This document shows, one piece after another, positions 1 to 13,273 of a stretch of DNA of 64,000 bases. Location of the stretch: positions 1-64,000 of the forward strand of contig JAUCBJ010008761.1 in NCBI GenBank assembly GCA_032718475.1, in the 5' to 3' direction. The first letter of the stretch is position 1. Each line of letters begins with the position of its first letter. The notes below the pieces were generated by a model. That model worked only from the letters and a program-made list of their open reading frames with translations. It searched no databases and was not told the DNA's origin. The DNA comes from Nemertoderma westbladi (taxonomy: Eukaryota > Animalia > Xenacoelomorpha). A program made the position numbers and the translations under genes.

Positions 1-539
1 ACATAGGCATGAGATATTCAAGTAGTCAGTTGTTTTGAATATATCAATCAGTCAGTTTGTTAAAGGATATATGCCCTTTATAATTAAACCTACCAGTGTA
101 CGACTAAAAAGCAGTACAGCACAAAATATTTATAAGCCGTTCTTTCTTTGGCTCAAGACTGAATGAAAACACTGCACATAGGCATTGCGTCATTTCTAGG
201 AAATTCTCTGTACAAGGAGCCACAAAAACGCTCTCATTGGCTGACTGAGCTGAGAGACGCCGTAGAACAAAGGAAATCAACACATATGAATGTCAGCTGT
301 TAACCGTAGTCATAGTAACTACTGTTCAAGAGTAGCTATCACTCCTTTGCGTCACGAATTGCCATAGAATCATAAAAATATACCTTTCACAATACACATA
401 CGGAGGAAATAAGTCTTAGATCCTCTAAAAACACCGATACAGTAATAATACGGTCTCTTACACTTATTAAATCAACTACAGAGTATTTTAATGTAAAAGA
501 TAATAAAAATAACGGGGCAATTCAGCAAAGGCTTTTACA
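1..539 (-). mobile_element. Partial LTR of the same BEL/Pao family as 47837-63496 (solo LTR, or 5' LTR of an element extending left of the window)
   Basis: Positions ~60-539 align closely to 48578-49054 and 63020-63496 and end in the same ...caaaggcttttaca terminus. The next bases are ggtaac, not the PPT complement ccgctccc, so this is not a 3' LTR. Confidence 0.93.
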
Positions 540-956
540 GGTAACATTAATAATTCATAATGTAAAATATATATCCGTTAAAATCCCTCTACAATTAGGC
601 CTAACTTTTCTTTGTTTATATAAAACATTTACATTTAATTTGAAGCAAAAGTGGTGATAAGGCTGATAATAGTCTAATACTGTAGTTGAGCCAGATAAAC
701 ATAGACTATATGCTACTGTAGATCTTCGTTCACTACTTGACTCGCCAAATAAATCACATTTGAGCTAAAGTGGACAATGGGTCTTTTTTATTGTGGAATA
801 ATATGGTTTTGTTCAGAAGTGGAAAAAATTAGATTGTTTTTTATAACAATGTTTTAAAAATGATACCTATGGTAACCACTGTTATTCATTTATTAAACTA
901 TACTCTATACTTTATTACAATACTGTTTTAAATGCTCATTCATGTTAATTGTGTGA

Positions 957-1160
957 TTGAGAACTGAATCGGATTTTGTTAATTTCAGTTTCAGTTACAG
1001 TTACAGTATTCAAAATTCGTAATTACAGTTTCAGTTACAGTTACAGTATTCAAAATTCGCAATTACAGTTACAGTTATAGTTACAGTATCAAAAAATCAT
1101 CAAAAATCATTCAGTTACAGTTGCAGTTACAGTATAATTACAGTTACAGTTCTCAACACT
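957..1160. repeat. Small element with (cagtta)n minisatellite and short inverted ends
   Basis: Repeated cagttacagtta units, a duplicated cagtattcaaaattcg block, and ends ttgagaactg ... cagttctcaa. Confidence 0.55.
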
Positions 1161-1162
1161 AC

Positions 1163-1354
1163 AGCCTACAACATGATCGAAACTCATTCACAGAGTGGTA
1201 TTTATTTTTGCGGAAAATTTGCTTGTGTATCAAATCACCCCGTTATGTGGGGTGACTTGACACAGCTGGTTTTTAAGAAAAAAACACCACTAGACTAAGC
1301 ACCTCAAATAGTGCTTTAGTCTAGTTGCGTAGTAGGCCTACTCATCCTGACTAA
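1163..1354 (+). repeat. 192-bp internal fragment of the Tc1/mariner-type MITE at 12180-13273
   Basis: Identical by eye to 12986-13177; ends 1 nt before the NEMF ATG. Confidence 0.9.
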
Positions 1355-1355
1355 C

Positions 1356-4300
1356 ATGAAAACCAAATTTACAACTTTGGATATCCGAGCTGTGCTGCCG
1401 GAGATTCGTGCCGCAGTAATCGGGTTGCGAGTCGCCAACATATACGATGTAAACAACAAAACCTACTTGCTGAAACTCGCCAAACCCGACAACAAGCGAA
1501 TGCTGCTGTTCGAATCCGGCGTTCGAATGCATCTCACCGAATTCGAGTGGCCCAAACACCAAATGCCGAGTAACTTCACGATGAAACTGAGGAAACATCT
1601 CCGAACACGTCGGTGCGTCAACGTCTCACAACTCGGAATAGATCGAGTCGTCGACCTACAGTTCGGTTACGACGAGGCCGCCTATCATATCGTCGTTGAG
1701 CTCTATGATAGAGGCAACGTTATTTTAACGGACTACCAGTACACCATACTGAATCTCTTGCGGGTCCGAACAGACGTAGAGGAAGACGTTGTATTCGCGG
1801 TTCGGGAAACCTACCCGGTAACCGCGTGTCGGCAACTCCCGCCAATCCCTGACCCCAGTGGTCTCCATTCCGTGTTATCCGCGGCCCCAGATGACTCGCT
1901 TGTTCGCGCCGTTAATCACGTGTTCCCATTCGGTATTGCCTTGACAACTCATTGTTTATGTAAGGCAGGAATTAGCGAGGGAATTAAAGTTCGTGAAATA
2001 TTAGAATCTCCTGAACTTATAGATAAAGTTATTGAAGCGCTGCGATATGGTATCCAACTTGCTGATGTTAGCGAAGTTTTAGATAAAGGATTTATAATAT
2101 TAAAGAAATATAATAAACCCAAAGATGGCGATACTCTAAGATCTGACTACGAAGAATTCCAACCTTATTTATTTTCCCAGTTGGAATCTAGAGATTTTCG
2201 GGAATTCTCGAGTTTTAATGTTGCAGTCGACTCGTTTTATTCTCAGCTAGAGGGTCAAAAAATAGACCAGAGAGTTGTTCAGCAAGAAAAGGGAGCATTA
2301 AAGAAGTTATCCAACGTAAAGAAGGACCACGAACGGAGGCTAGAAGGTCTAGCGAAGAGCCAACAGGAAGATAAATCTAGAGCCGACCTTATTCTTTATA
2401 ACGTGGATACAGTGGATCGCGCTATCATTGTGGTTAACAGCTTCCTCGCTCATCGTTTGTCTTGGAAAGACGTCGAAGCCATGGTGGATGAAGCCAAACA
2501 AACTGGTGATAAAGTTGCTTCCGCTATAATGAAACTCCAACTGGAACGCAATAAAATGACCCTGAAACTTGAAGATCCGTATGTTAATAGCGACGAAGAA
2601 GAAGAAGCTTCTTCAACCAAGGAATTGGAGATAGATTTAGGTCTTTCGGCGTATTGCAACGCCACCAAATACTACGACCATAAACGATTTGCTGCTAAAA
2701 AGCAGGAGAAAACAATAGCAGCTTCAGAGAAAGCCTTGAAGGCCGCCCAGAGGAAGACAAAAGAGAAGATGAAAGCTGTTGACACCATCACAAACATACA
2801 GAAAGCGCGTAAAACGTTTTGGTGGGAGAAATTCTTTTGGTTTATTAGTTCGGATAACTTGTTGGTTATCGGAGGTCGCGACTCGCAGCAGAACGAGTTG
2901 ATAGTGAAACGACATCTGCGGGGCCCTTCTGATGTCTATGTCCACGCAGATCTGCACGGTGCCTCCAGCATCGTAGTAAAGAACCCGGGCGGCCAGCCAC
3001 CCCCGGCGCGTACCCTGGAGGAAGCCGGCACCATGGCGGTATGTTTGAGCGCCGCGTGGGCTGCTAGAGTGGTCACCAGCGGCTGGTGGGTCCACCACCA
3101 TCAGGTCTCTAAGACTGCACCGACCGGTGAATACCTCACCACTGGGGCGGTAAGAAGAATTACCTGCCCCACACCCAACTGCTGTTGGGGTTCGGGTTTC
3201 TCTTCAAGCTGGAGGAGACCTGCGTGGCGAGGCATCAAGGGGAGCGACAGTCGGCATCTACATCCGACTCGTCTAGCCGAGATGTTTCCAAGGACAACCA
3301 GGATGTTGAGATAGACGATGAATACATGGAGAAAGTTAGCAAAATTATCGATACTGTCAATGAAGAAATTACGGAGAAGGATGAAGATGATGAAGTTGAA
3401 TTTCCCGATACTAAAATCGAATTAACTCAAATTAAAGGTGTCGATAAGTTGAAGCTGGAAGAGCCAGTTGATTTGGTTGACGAAGGTTACCTGGTGAGTC
3501 TTGGAGGTGGCGAGGTCATTGACCTGTCCAAGAGGCCCCAGCCGGGTCCATCCAAAGCGAGACTGTCTGCTAAACAACGGAGAGAACGGAAAAAACAACA
3601 GGAAGTCGAGTCTATAAGTGGAGTATTGAATGAAGATGAGGTGGATATCCTTGTCCTGGAAGAGCCTGATGATGTGGTTAATGTGAGTGGAGGTAGTGGC
3701 ATTGCCGATCGGTGTGATTCATTATCATTAGATTCGGAAACTCATACACCGAACTATTTAACTAATAATAAGGATGATGGCGTTGATGTAAAGAGTTTAT
3801 CATCTACAGATCCTCCGGTTCCACAAATGAAAAGGGGACAGAAATCAAAGCTGAAGAAGAAAATGCAGAAATACAAAGATCAGGATGATGAAGAGAGAGA
3901 AGCTAGAATGAAGTTATTAGCATCGGGTGGAGAGAGGCGGCCAAGGAAAAACGAAAAGAAAAATGTTGTAGAGGGAAAGGGTGGGAGACATGGTAACCAA
4001 GGGAAAGCACCAGTAATCGGGTGTCGAAATGTTAACCAAGGGAAACCACCAGTGGGTGGTGATCAACATGGCACCCAATGGAATCCACCGACAGTGGCTG
4101 GTGATCAACATGATAGCAAGGGGATCGCGGAAGATACTATTTTGGAGTCAATTGTAAATGATGATGTTGGATCTGATGACGAGAAACAAGCGGTTCTAGT
4201 TGAGGAGAACATTGAACTGCCTGGTGAGGACGTTTCTGTCTTGGATTCTCTCACTGGCTGCCCTATATCCGAGGATTTACTGCTCTTTGCTGTTCCGGTA

Positions 4301-4534
4301 GTGGCCCCATACCAGACTATGCTGTCCTACAAATACAAAGTGAAAATAACTCCGGGGACTAGCAAGAAAGGAAGGGCTGCGAAAGCCGCCCTTCAGATAT
4401 TCAACAGCGACCGCGGCGCCACGCAACAGGAGAAAGATTTAATAAAGTCTGTAAAGGATGTTGATTTGTCTCATAATATGCCGGGGAAAGTCAAACTAAC
4501 TGTTCCACTTTATTCTAAACAAACAGTACGGTAG
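1356..4534 (+). CDS. NEMF: NEMF / Rqc2 ribosome quality-control factor (NFACT-N, coiled coil, NFACT-R, NFACT-C), intronless, with a frameshift at ~3148
   Basis: ORF 1356-3314 starts MKTKFTTLDI..RVANIYDVNNKTYL and contains FTMKLRKHLRTRR, ELYDRGN, WEKFFWFISSDN..GGRDSQQNE, HADLHGASS and QVSKTAPTGEYLTTG. The other frame resumes at 3149 as GKKNYLP..GFGFLFK and ends with LDSLTGCP..PVVAPY..YKYKVKITPG..KKG (NFACT-C). Confidence 0.93.
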
Positions 4535-5149
4535 TTCAACTAATCGCTATTGTTTATCTTTAACAACCGGTTTAATATGTGTGCTAATGGAATACAGACA
4601 GCTGTGATTTATCTCGGTTTATGGACTTATGGTGCATTACTAAATTAACAAAAACAATTTAAAAATAATATGTAAATTTTGCAGGAAAATAATTTTCAAC
4701 CGTATCTTCACTATAAGTTGTTTTATATATCGAATTATCGACACCCTTTATCAATATTAATAGGAATGTCAAAAATATGTCTGTCACGGCACGAAAAGGG
4801 ACGAATTTAAAAATATAACTTAAGGGGATATGGGGGGGGGGGGACTGGACACAAAATATTATATTATTCAATCTTTTATATATTCACCTGAAGCAAAATA
4901 AACCGTATAACTACCGATGTCGAAGAACGAGGTTGTTAAACAATGTTGTTATGTCTGGAACATTTCGTTTATGTATGAATAGCTACGTAGTAGTATGATT
5001 AAAGAGGTATTGCATTATTTCGGAGCATTTGATAAAAAAAAATGTTACAGAATTATTATTATGTACTTATTAAATATGTAATAACATAGCCTCGGGCTGA
5101 TGCAAAACCATGTAGCTTGTTAACGCACATATCTCTGCTATTACTCAAC

Positions 5150-6130
5150 GCAATTCAGATTGTGTTATCTATTTTTTGAAAGTATTTTTGGTTTGCAAAG
5201 AAAATTAAAAAAGGTATCTAAGTTTGAAGTCACTATTAATGGACATACAGTAAGATAGAAATTAAAAAGGAAGTTAAATATTTAGGCGCCACATTGGATA
5301 ACTGCTTATCAGAAGAAAGCACAGTGAAAAATATTTTTCGAAACTTACCAGTAGGCTTAAGTTTCTAACATAACAGAAACTAAAATAGTTTCAACACCGA
5401 CTCTCGCAAGATGCTTTGATCTTCTTTAATACACTGTCACATGGACTAATGCCTGCTCTTCTTGGTATGAAGGCATACTCAAACAGCTTACATGTAAATT
5501 ACAAACGTACATAGCTCAGAATAAAGTAGTACGATTTATTAAGGGGGTGGTACACCATTTTCGGAGAACTCTTCCACTTATCACTCTCAGCGTTTCAAAA
5601 TTGATTGGTTTTGGCTATAATTTGGAATATGGGTACTTAAGATGCTATTCTACATGACAGGTCAGAAAATTTTATTTTTCGCTATTTAATATTAGTTAAT
5701 ACTAGTTAACAATAAAAAAAACTTGGTTGGGATTAAAACTCTAAAGGCTTTTACAGGCTTTTACTAATCTAATCATGAAAAAGTTTTTTGATATGATAGA
5801 TCAAAGATGGGGCAACATATCTATCAGGAGAAATTTTGTAAAAATAATTCTGCACCGCTAGGTGGCGCTGCAAATTTATGTAAATTTTTAGGTTTGTTAT
5901 AAATATAAATTTCAAAAAGTTATCTAATACTTTTTATCCAGGGTCCCAATTACCTAAATATCGTTCCTATCGTATCTATTGTAAATCCTTCGAAACTGAT
6001 AAGACTTTACTTTTTAACGGTATTAAAAATTGGAACGCTCTGCCTGATACTGAAGAATAAAAAACCTAATAATCAACATTCTTTTAATTCTGCAGTTAAA
6101 TCTCACCTCCCGGGCGCAATGTAAAAATAG
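5150..6130 (+). pseudogene. Degenerate CR1/L2-like LINE 3' fragment, interrupted at ~5538-5985 by unrelated sequence
   Basis: Broken translations EVKYLGATLDNCLS (~5270), LIHCHMD..SSWY (~5430) and FNGIKNWNALPD (~6015) resemble LINE ORF2 C-termini; many stops and indels. Confidence 0.6.
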
Positions 6131-7162
6131 GTACAGTACAATAGTCCTACAGTTAAGTTATTAGTTTATAATAATTTATTACTGTGTTCACCTAACTGTT
6201 ACGTTTACGTTTTACGATTACGTTTTATGAATTGTGCAGTGCATAGCTACATCTAGTATATCCTGGAGTCAGGGGGGGGGGGGGGGGGGGGCTTACTAAG
6301 ATGTCAGATATAGATAGACAGAAGAGACTTAAATGATCACTAACATCTAATAATGGAAACATCAATTCAGAACAAACTATTAACAGAGAATACAATGAAA
6401 GTGAATCAACCAATATCTCGCCTAACAGACTAGAAACAGAACATAACTTTGAATCTATTACTAAAGGCAAGTCATTGATACATAATAATAATGATGGCAC
6501 TACTCACTGAATACGAAGCAGGGGTCTACAGGTCTTCCTGTGGATATTCGAACAGTAAGAAAAAAAACATCGTTACAGATTAGCCTGGCTGATATGCCGT
6601 ACAGGATTTTCACTGAACCTTGCATGGGAGTATTTAGTAAATGTTTTGGGTGATTTTGGTAGGAAATTTTATTGTGATCAATATTCCGACTGATGCCCAG
6701 ATGGCATCATTGAGGATTTTGAAAAAGTCTCCAGGAACATTAACTGTAGAATTTTAAATTTCATGCAATTTCAATAAGATTTGTAGAAATTATTGGGAGG
6801 TGGGTTCAGGTACCTGAATAACAACAACTAACACTACACAGTGAATATTTCAGGGCATGGTTTGATTGATTGATTTTTTTCCCATATAAATACATATTGC
6901 ACAATACTGAATATATAAATAAATCATAATACCGCTAATTAATTTTACATTGTTTTAAGTAAATCGGGCTATGTCCAATTAGATCAATATACTGAGCTTG
7001 GACGGCAGGATAATACGTGTTTAAAATTATATAATAAAATTGACTTGCCTAAATAAAATAAAGTGTACCTCAGTAGTTTACAATATATCACATGCATACA
7101 TACAGTAAAATTGAAATAAAGTTAACTTTTCAGTTTAAATTGAGCTCGGCTCGTTAAGCCAG

Positions 7163-7330
7163 GGAATGCCTGTTCACCACCATGGGTGATCTTCCACAGT
7201 AAACCCATCCACTTTGTTTCCTAAAGGAATGCCTGTTCACCACCATGGGTACAGTAAACCCTTCCACTTTGTTTCCTAAAGGAATGCCTGTTCACCACCA
7301 TGGGTGACCTTCTACAGTAAACCCTACCAC
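7163..7330. repeat. Tandem repeat, ~56-62 bp x 3
   Basis: ggaatgcctgttcaccaccatgggt...acagtaaaccc occurs three times. Confidence 0.85.
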
Positions 7331-8711
7331 TCCAATTAAGTTGTGTTGATTCCCATTTATTCAACAACACCCATACATGTACAGCCGTGACACAGGACAT
7401 AGGCCTCCTGACTTGATATACTACTAAAACTGCATTACTAACTGCCTGACTGACTACTGGCAGGCTGTGCTGTACTTACTACAGTAATACTGTACTAGGC
7501 CTACTGCTGTACTGCAGCTGCTGCACTTGCGCACTGCACTATCAGGTTTTATATCTTACCGCAACTGCGCACTGCGCTAATCAGCTAACAGTTAGGGTAG
7601 AAACCTACCTCTGTACCAGTGTACCCTAACTGCCTAACTAGCTAATGCATAATGGTGCCGGTCGGTATTCATAAACACATACACATAATTCAGTAATTTC
7701 ACATGGAAATCAGACAGTGACACCCCCTGGTTAACTTTATACTGTCTGACTGTCAGCTGTGACTGTCAGACTGTTATCAGTTATAAGTAGGGTACCGGCA
7801 GACCGGTACTGCTGTAAGCTGTACTGAAGTAGGCTTATCAGCTTATAGCTGTATAGAGGGCAGGGCTCAACTGCTCAAGCCTCAAGGGCAGAAGAGCCTA
7901 GCAGCCTAGGCTCAGAGGCTAGGCTGCTAGGCCAAGGCTGCAAGGTTTGAAGGTAGGCAGCTACCGTACTGAGCTAGCTAGGTAGGCCTAGTCTTCAGGT
8001 CTTCACTTCATATATAACGCCTTCCGCTACATTTGTAGGCCTACGGGCAGACGGGCACAAGTCCCTAAAAGGTGCCACCCTGCTCCATAGCGCGGGAAAT
8101 TCAAATGATTGAAAGACATGTTATTTGTACTGGAAAGGGAGGCAGATCAGATCTGCCACCTATATATTGGCGGTAAATTCAAATCTGTTTTAACATTGAA
8201 TACATTAATAGAGTAAGACCAATCTGCCAATGTAATTCATTGAATCAGAATAAATTATTTAATATCGGTTTAACTCACTCATCCGGTAATGTTGTTGATT
8301 TATCTATTCTGGGACTTCGAGCAGCACGTGAACAACTAAACCAGCACGTTAACTAGTCTGGGGCTTCGAGCAGCACGTGAACAACTAAACTGGCTGGTTA
8401 ACAAGTCTGGGACTTCGAGCAGCACGTTAACAACTAAGCTGACTGGTTAACTAGTCTGGTACATGTCTGGGACAGATATAGCAGTATAGGCAGAAGCATT
8501 ATACACCTATTGTTATTACAGTCTGACAGTAGTAGGCTTACCTGCGATATATTTTACTATCAGTTCCCTGCTATATTGTTATAATTATAATGTTCTGATG
8601 TAATTATAACTGATACAAGCAAATATTAAATGTTCTTTACATTTTACTGATAGAAGTTGAGCCAAATCCCCCGACCCCCCCCCCCCCCCCCCCCTCCTCA
8701 ATTTTGCACGA

Positions 8712-9324
8712 AGTCCCAGACTAGTTAACCAGTCCGCTTAGTTGTTCACGTGCTACTGGAAGTCCCAGACTATAGTCTGATAGTTAACCAGTCAGCTTAG
8801 TTGTTCACGTGCTGCTCGAAGCCCCAAACTAGTTAACGTGCTGGTTTAGTTTTGTTCCGTGCTGCTCGAAGTCCCAGACTAGTTAACCAGTCAGCTTAGT
8901 TGTTCACGTGCTACTGGAAGTCCCAGACTATAGTTAACCAGTCAGCTTAGTTGTTCACGTGCTGCTCGAAGCCCCAAACTAGTTAACGTGCTGGTTTAGT
9001 TTTGTTCACGTGCTGCTCGAAGTCGCAGACTAGTTAACCAGTCAGCTTAGTTGTTCACGTGCTGCTTGAAGTCCCAGACTAGTTAACCAGTCAGCTGAGT
9101 TGTTCACGTGCTGTTCAAAGTCCCAGACTAGCTAACCAATCAGCTTAGTTGTTCACGTGCTGCTCGAAGTCCCAGACTAGGTATCCAGCCAGTTTATTTG
9201 TTCACGTGCTGACGTGCTGCTCTATGCCCCAGACTAGTTAACGTGCTGGTTTAGTTGTTCACGTGCTGCTCGAAGTCCCAGACTAGGTATCCAGCCAGTT
9301 TATTTGTTCACGTGCTGCTCTATG
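8712..9324. repeat. 49-bp minisatellite (continues 11519-11682; inverted copies 8308-8460)
   Basis: Unit gtcccagactagttaaccagtcagcttagttgttcacgtgctgctcgaa, about 12 copies here. Confidence 0.9.
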
Positions 9325-11518
9325 CAGTAGGGAACACATGCCCGAATTGGCAGCACAGACGCACTGCCATTTTTGAAAAATGCACTGCCATATTAGGCAG
9401 TTTTACCCTAAATTTCGGATAAAATGTGAATTTTTATCAACTTCCTGCTGGAAGGGCCCCATTTTTATTTCATTGGATGAAAATATGATATATATTGGAG
9501 GTAAATACAAAATGTAGTAAGAGTTTCATGGTTGGGTTTTGGAGATATTTGACATTGAAAATTGCAAGTCAAAAACATGCACTGCCTAAAATGGCAGTTA
9601 TGGTATTGAATTAATTCCTTCTGTCTGACTGTAGGAGAGCTGGAGAGCCTGGCAATGCCAGGCATCCTTCAGTCCTTCAGAGTTTATCTATCTCTGTCTG
9701 TACTGTATCTGCTAAACAGCCTATCTATCTACAGTATATAAGACTATCCTTTTGAAAGCAATTTATATATTTTATTTTTGTTAGTTATTCAGTTACGTAC
9801 TGGTTAACAATTTACACAGTCACTGACAGGTAATTTATTAATATATTTATTATACTGTATAAAATATTAATATATATGTGGCCATTATAACAATATGTAT
9901 TATAGGCCTATAGTTTGTTAATATTAAAAGTTACGGTTCGCTAATGATAAAATTTATGTTTATTGACTGATTGATATGGTAACTGATAATTATTGATAGT
10001 AAATATTTAGTAATAAAATCATTAGGCCTAATATATATCATATTTAAAAATGTCATATCTTTAAGGGGTCTGTACAGAAATTTACCTCCCCTTGATAAAT
10101 TTATTGTTTAATAATTTATGGATGTAGAAAGAAATTTCTTATAAGGCACTGTTTAAGGATTAACTGATAAGGCATTATTTGTTAACAAAATACAAATTAC
10201 TGTATAAGAAGTCATCATCAGATCATTAGTAAGAAATAATTAAATCCAATTTAGATACTAAAAAATAGTCTATATTTAGATTTACACATTCACACACAAA
10301 ATTTATATAATAAACTAGTATTTTGATACAGTATGACTTACTGGCTGACCAGTAATCTAAAATTGATATAAATCAATTAATTGTAAATTGATACAGTATT
10401 ATGTTGGTTTTACAGTAGATGGAAAACGTAAAATATAGATAGAGTGAGCAATGAGTAAAACCAACATAAATATAAAATAATAATAAAGATAAAGATAATA
10501 TATTCTAACAAACACATGTTGCAACAGTATATTTTTTCAAAGCAAAATTTGATACTAATGTTTTTGTGTACAAGTACAATAGGCTGGCTGTGAGTGGCTG
10601 GATAGGTTAAAACGTTAATAGTAAAACATGTAGAGTAAAACAAAATAGTAAAACAAACATAATACTGAATATCTACAATATAAAAATATTACAAATTAAA
10701 AATTAACAAGCTAATATTGCGATAGTATAAATTAAGCTAAAACTGAGATGAGCGTTTATGTTTACAATAGGCAATAGGAGTACGTAGATTAAAACACATA
10801 CAAAGTCATACATTCGACAATAGTCTGATAGTAACGGATATAGAGAATGCAATACAAACCAACATACAATATGTAGTTTGTATGTATGTATGTTTGCTGG
10901 GGTAATGATAATAAAAGCGCTTTGAGTATGCTGAGCGTAGAAAAGCGCTATATAAATAACCAATATTATTACCAATATTATTATTAATATAGGCCTACAG
11001 ACAGACAGATATAATATTTACAAATTCAGGAAAAATGATCGGGTCTTTCTTTTTCCAACTTTCACAGTCTACTGGTGTTTCAAACTGTTAAAAATTGATT
11101 TATAAAATCTGTTGAATATTGGTTATTTATATATAAATTGTTTCCCTCAGAATTGCTGAATTGTATGTAATGCTGAATGCATTTTCTGATTTTGCACTGC
11201 CATTTTAAGCATTGCACTGCTAGTTCAAACAGTATGCTGCTATATTAAGCAGAACACTGCTATTTTGGACAGTGCATGCTTTTGACTAGCAATTTTCAAA
11301 GTCTGATGTCTCTAAAACCCAACTGTGAAAGTCTACCAAATTTTCTATTTACCTTACAATACATATTATATTTTCATCCCATGAAATAAAAAAGGGGCCC
11401 TTCAAGCAGGAAGTTAATAAAAATTGATTTTTTATCATAAATTTAGGCTAAAACTGCCTAATATGGCAGTGCATTTTGCAAAGTCTGTACTGCCTGTTTG
11501 GGCATGTGTTCCCTACTG
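9325..11518. mobile_element. Nested non-autonomous DNA transposon, ~280-bp TIRs, 5-bp TSD
   Basis: Termini cagtagggaacacatgccc ... gggcatgtgttccctactg; TSD ctatg at 9320-9324 and 11519-11523. The empty site gctctatgccccag is visible in the neighbouring repeat unit (~9220). Confidence 0.9.
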
Positions 11519-12179
11519 CTATGCCCCAGACTAGTTAACGTGCTGGTTTAGTTGTTCACGTGCTGCTCGAAGTCCCAGACTAGGTATCCGTATCCAGCCA
11601 GTTTAGTTGTTCACGTGCTGCTCGAAGCCCCAGACTAGTTAACGTGCTGGTTTAGTTGTTCACGTGCTGCTCGAAGCCCCAGAATAGATAAAACAACAAC
11701 AATAACGGATGAGTGAGTTAAACCGATAAGAAATAATTTATTCTGATTCAATGAATTACATTAGTCTTACTCTATTCATGTATTCAACGTTATAACAGAT
11801 TTGAATTTACCGCCAAAATATAGGTAGCAGATATGATCTGCCACCCTTTCCAGTAGAAATTACATGTCTTTCAATCATTTGAATTTCCCGCGCTATGGAG
11901 GAGGGTGGCACCTTTTAGGGACTTGTCCTACGGGCTGATGGGCGCTGCGCTACCGTTACCTCGCTGTTCGCCCCGACTTACAGACTTAGTAACTAAACTA
12001 CTGAACTAGATTGTTGCCTACCTGTGACCTGTCCACTGCCTACTGGCCTATCGCAGACAGTTCTCTCGAGCTCGACAATCACCATTCTGCCATCTACTAC
12101 TGCTGTACTGTGTACTGTCCTAGGCTGCTAGGCCTACTCCTGTACCAGTGTACCGGTACTATACTCTGCTAGTCTGCTA

Positions 12180-13273
12180 CCGTAATTCGGGGTGACTTGA
12201 TACATTGAGGTGACTTGATTTGATACAGCAAGTTATACTTTTTTTCTTTAACGGATTGTAGATTGTGGGTGATTCTGTGATTGTGTGATGTTATGATAAA
12301 AATTGAAATATTAGAAGATGTCTGAATAAATTGTCTATCAAATAGTAAAATAAATTTTGTCATTGCTTTGCATTTGTGATCACTAGAGCCAAAAATGCAT
12401 TTTTCAAAAATTCACTTTTTTTTAATGTCAAAATATAGGCCTAGGTCGAATTTTTGACACTTTGGGTTAATGTTGTTCAAAAATTATTTTTAATGTTCTG
12501 ATACCTGTGACTTAAACGTTGATTTGGCAAAATTTGTGCTTAAATTCATTGATTTAGTTTGCAGTTTTTTCTAAAATGTTTTGTCTTATTTACTGGTGTC
12601 AGGATGTCACAATGCAATGAAAGTCTTTTTCGTTTTTAAACTTCAATTTAACTTGTTAAATATTTTTATATGTTAAATTTTCTAAAATATTTTATCTTTA
12701 CTTAGACAGTTAAACCTTAAATTTGCAAAATGTGTGCTTAAATTCATTGTTTTAGTTTCCAGTTTTTTCTAAAATGTTTTGTCTTACTTACTGGTGTCAG
12801 GATGTCACTATGCAATGAAGGTCTTTTCGTTTTTAAAGTGCAATTTAACTTGTTAAATATGAAATATTTTGCCATAAAAAATGGAGTTATTTTTAATTTT
12901 AGCCATAATTTTATATCCCTGTTAGGTGGGGACTTCGTTCTTTTTTTAAAATTTCCAAGATGTATCAAGTCACCCCCACAGCCTAAGCCTACAACATGAT
13001 CGAAACTCATTCACAGAGTGGTATTTATTTTTGCGGAAAATTTGCTTGTGTATCAAATCACCCCGTTATGTGGGGTGACTTGACACAGCTGGTTTTTAAG
13101 AAAAAAACACCACTAGACTAAGCACCTCAAATAGTGCTTTAGTCTAGTTGCGTAGTAGGCCTACTCATCCTGACTAAAAAAATTTTATTTTTATTCCATC
13201 TGTTTAGGATAAAAACTTCAGAAGATATTCACAGTTAAAGGCAAAAACTGTATCAAGTCACCCCGAATTACGG
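12180..13273. mobile_element. Tc1/mariner (pogo/Tigger-like) MITE
   Basis: Perfect 25-bp TIR ccgtaattcggggtgacttgataca / tgtatcaagtcaccccgaattacgg, with TA on both sides and internal repeats of the gtgacttga motif. Confidence 0.9.

Larger units (their letters stand above)
8057..11926. mobile_element. Non-autonomous foldback/MULE-like DNA transposon with long TIRs and an internal 49-bp minisatellite
   Basis: acaagtccctaaaaggtgccaccc... (8057) is the reverse complement of ...gggtggcaccttttagggacttgt (11926) over >300 bp. Flanks cagacgggc / cctacgggc form a degenerate 9-bp TSD. Confidence 0.85.

Noticed and set aside
3141-3160. Programmed -1 ribosomal frameshift in NEMF
   Set aside because: No X XXY YYZ slippery heptamer, and conserved residues are physically missing.
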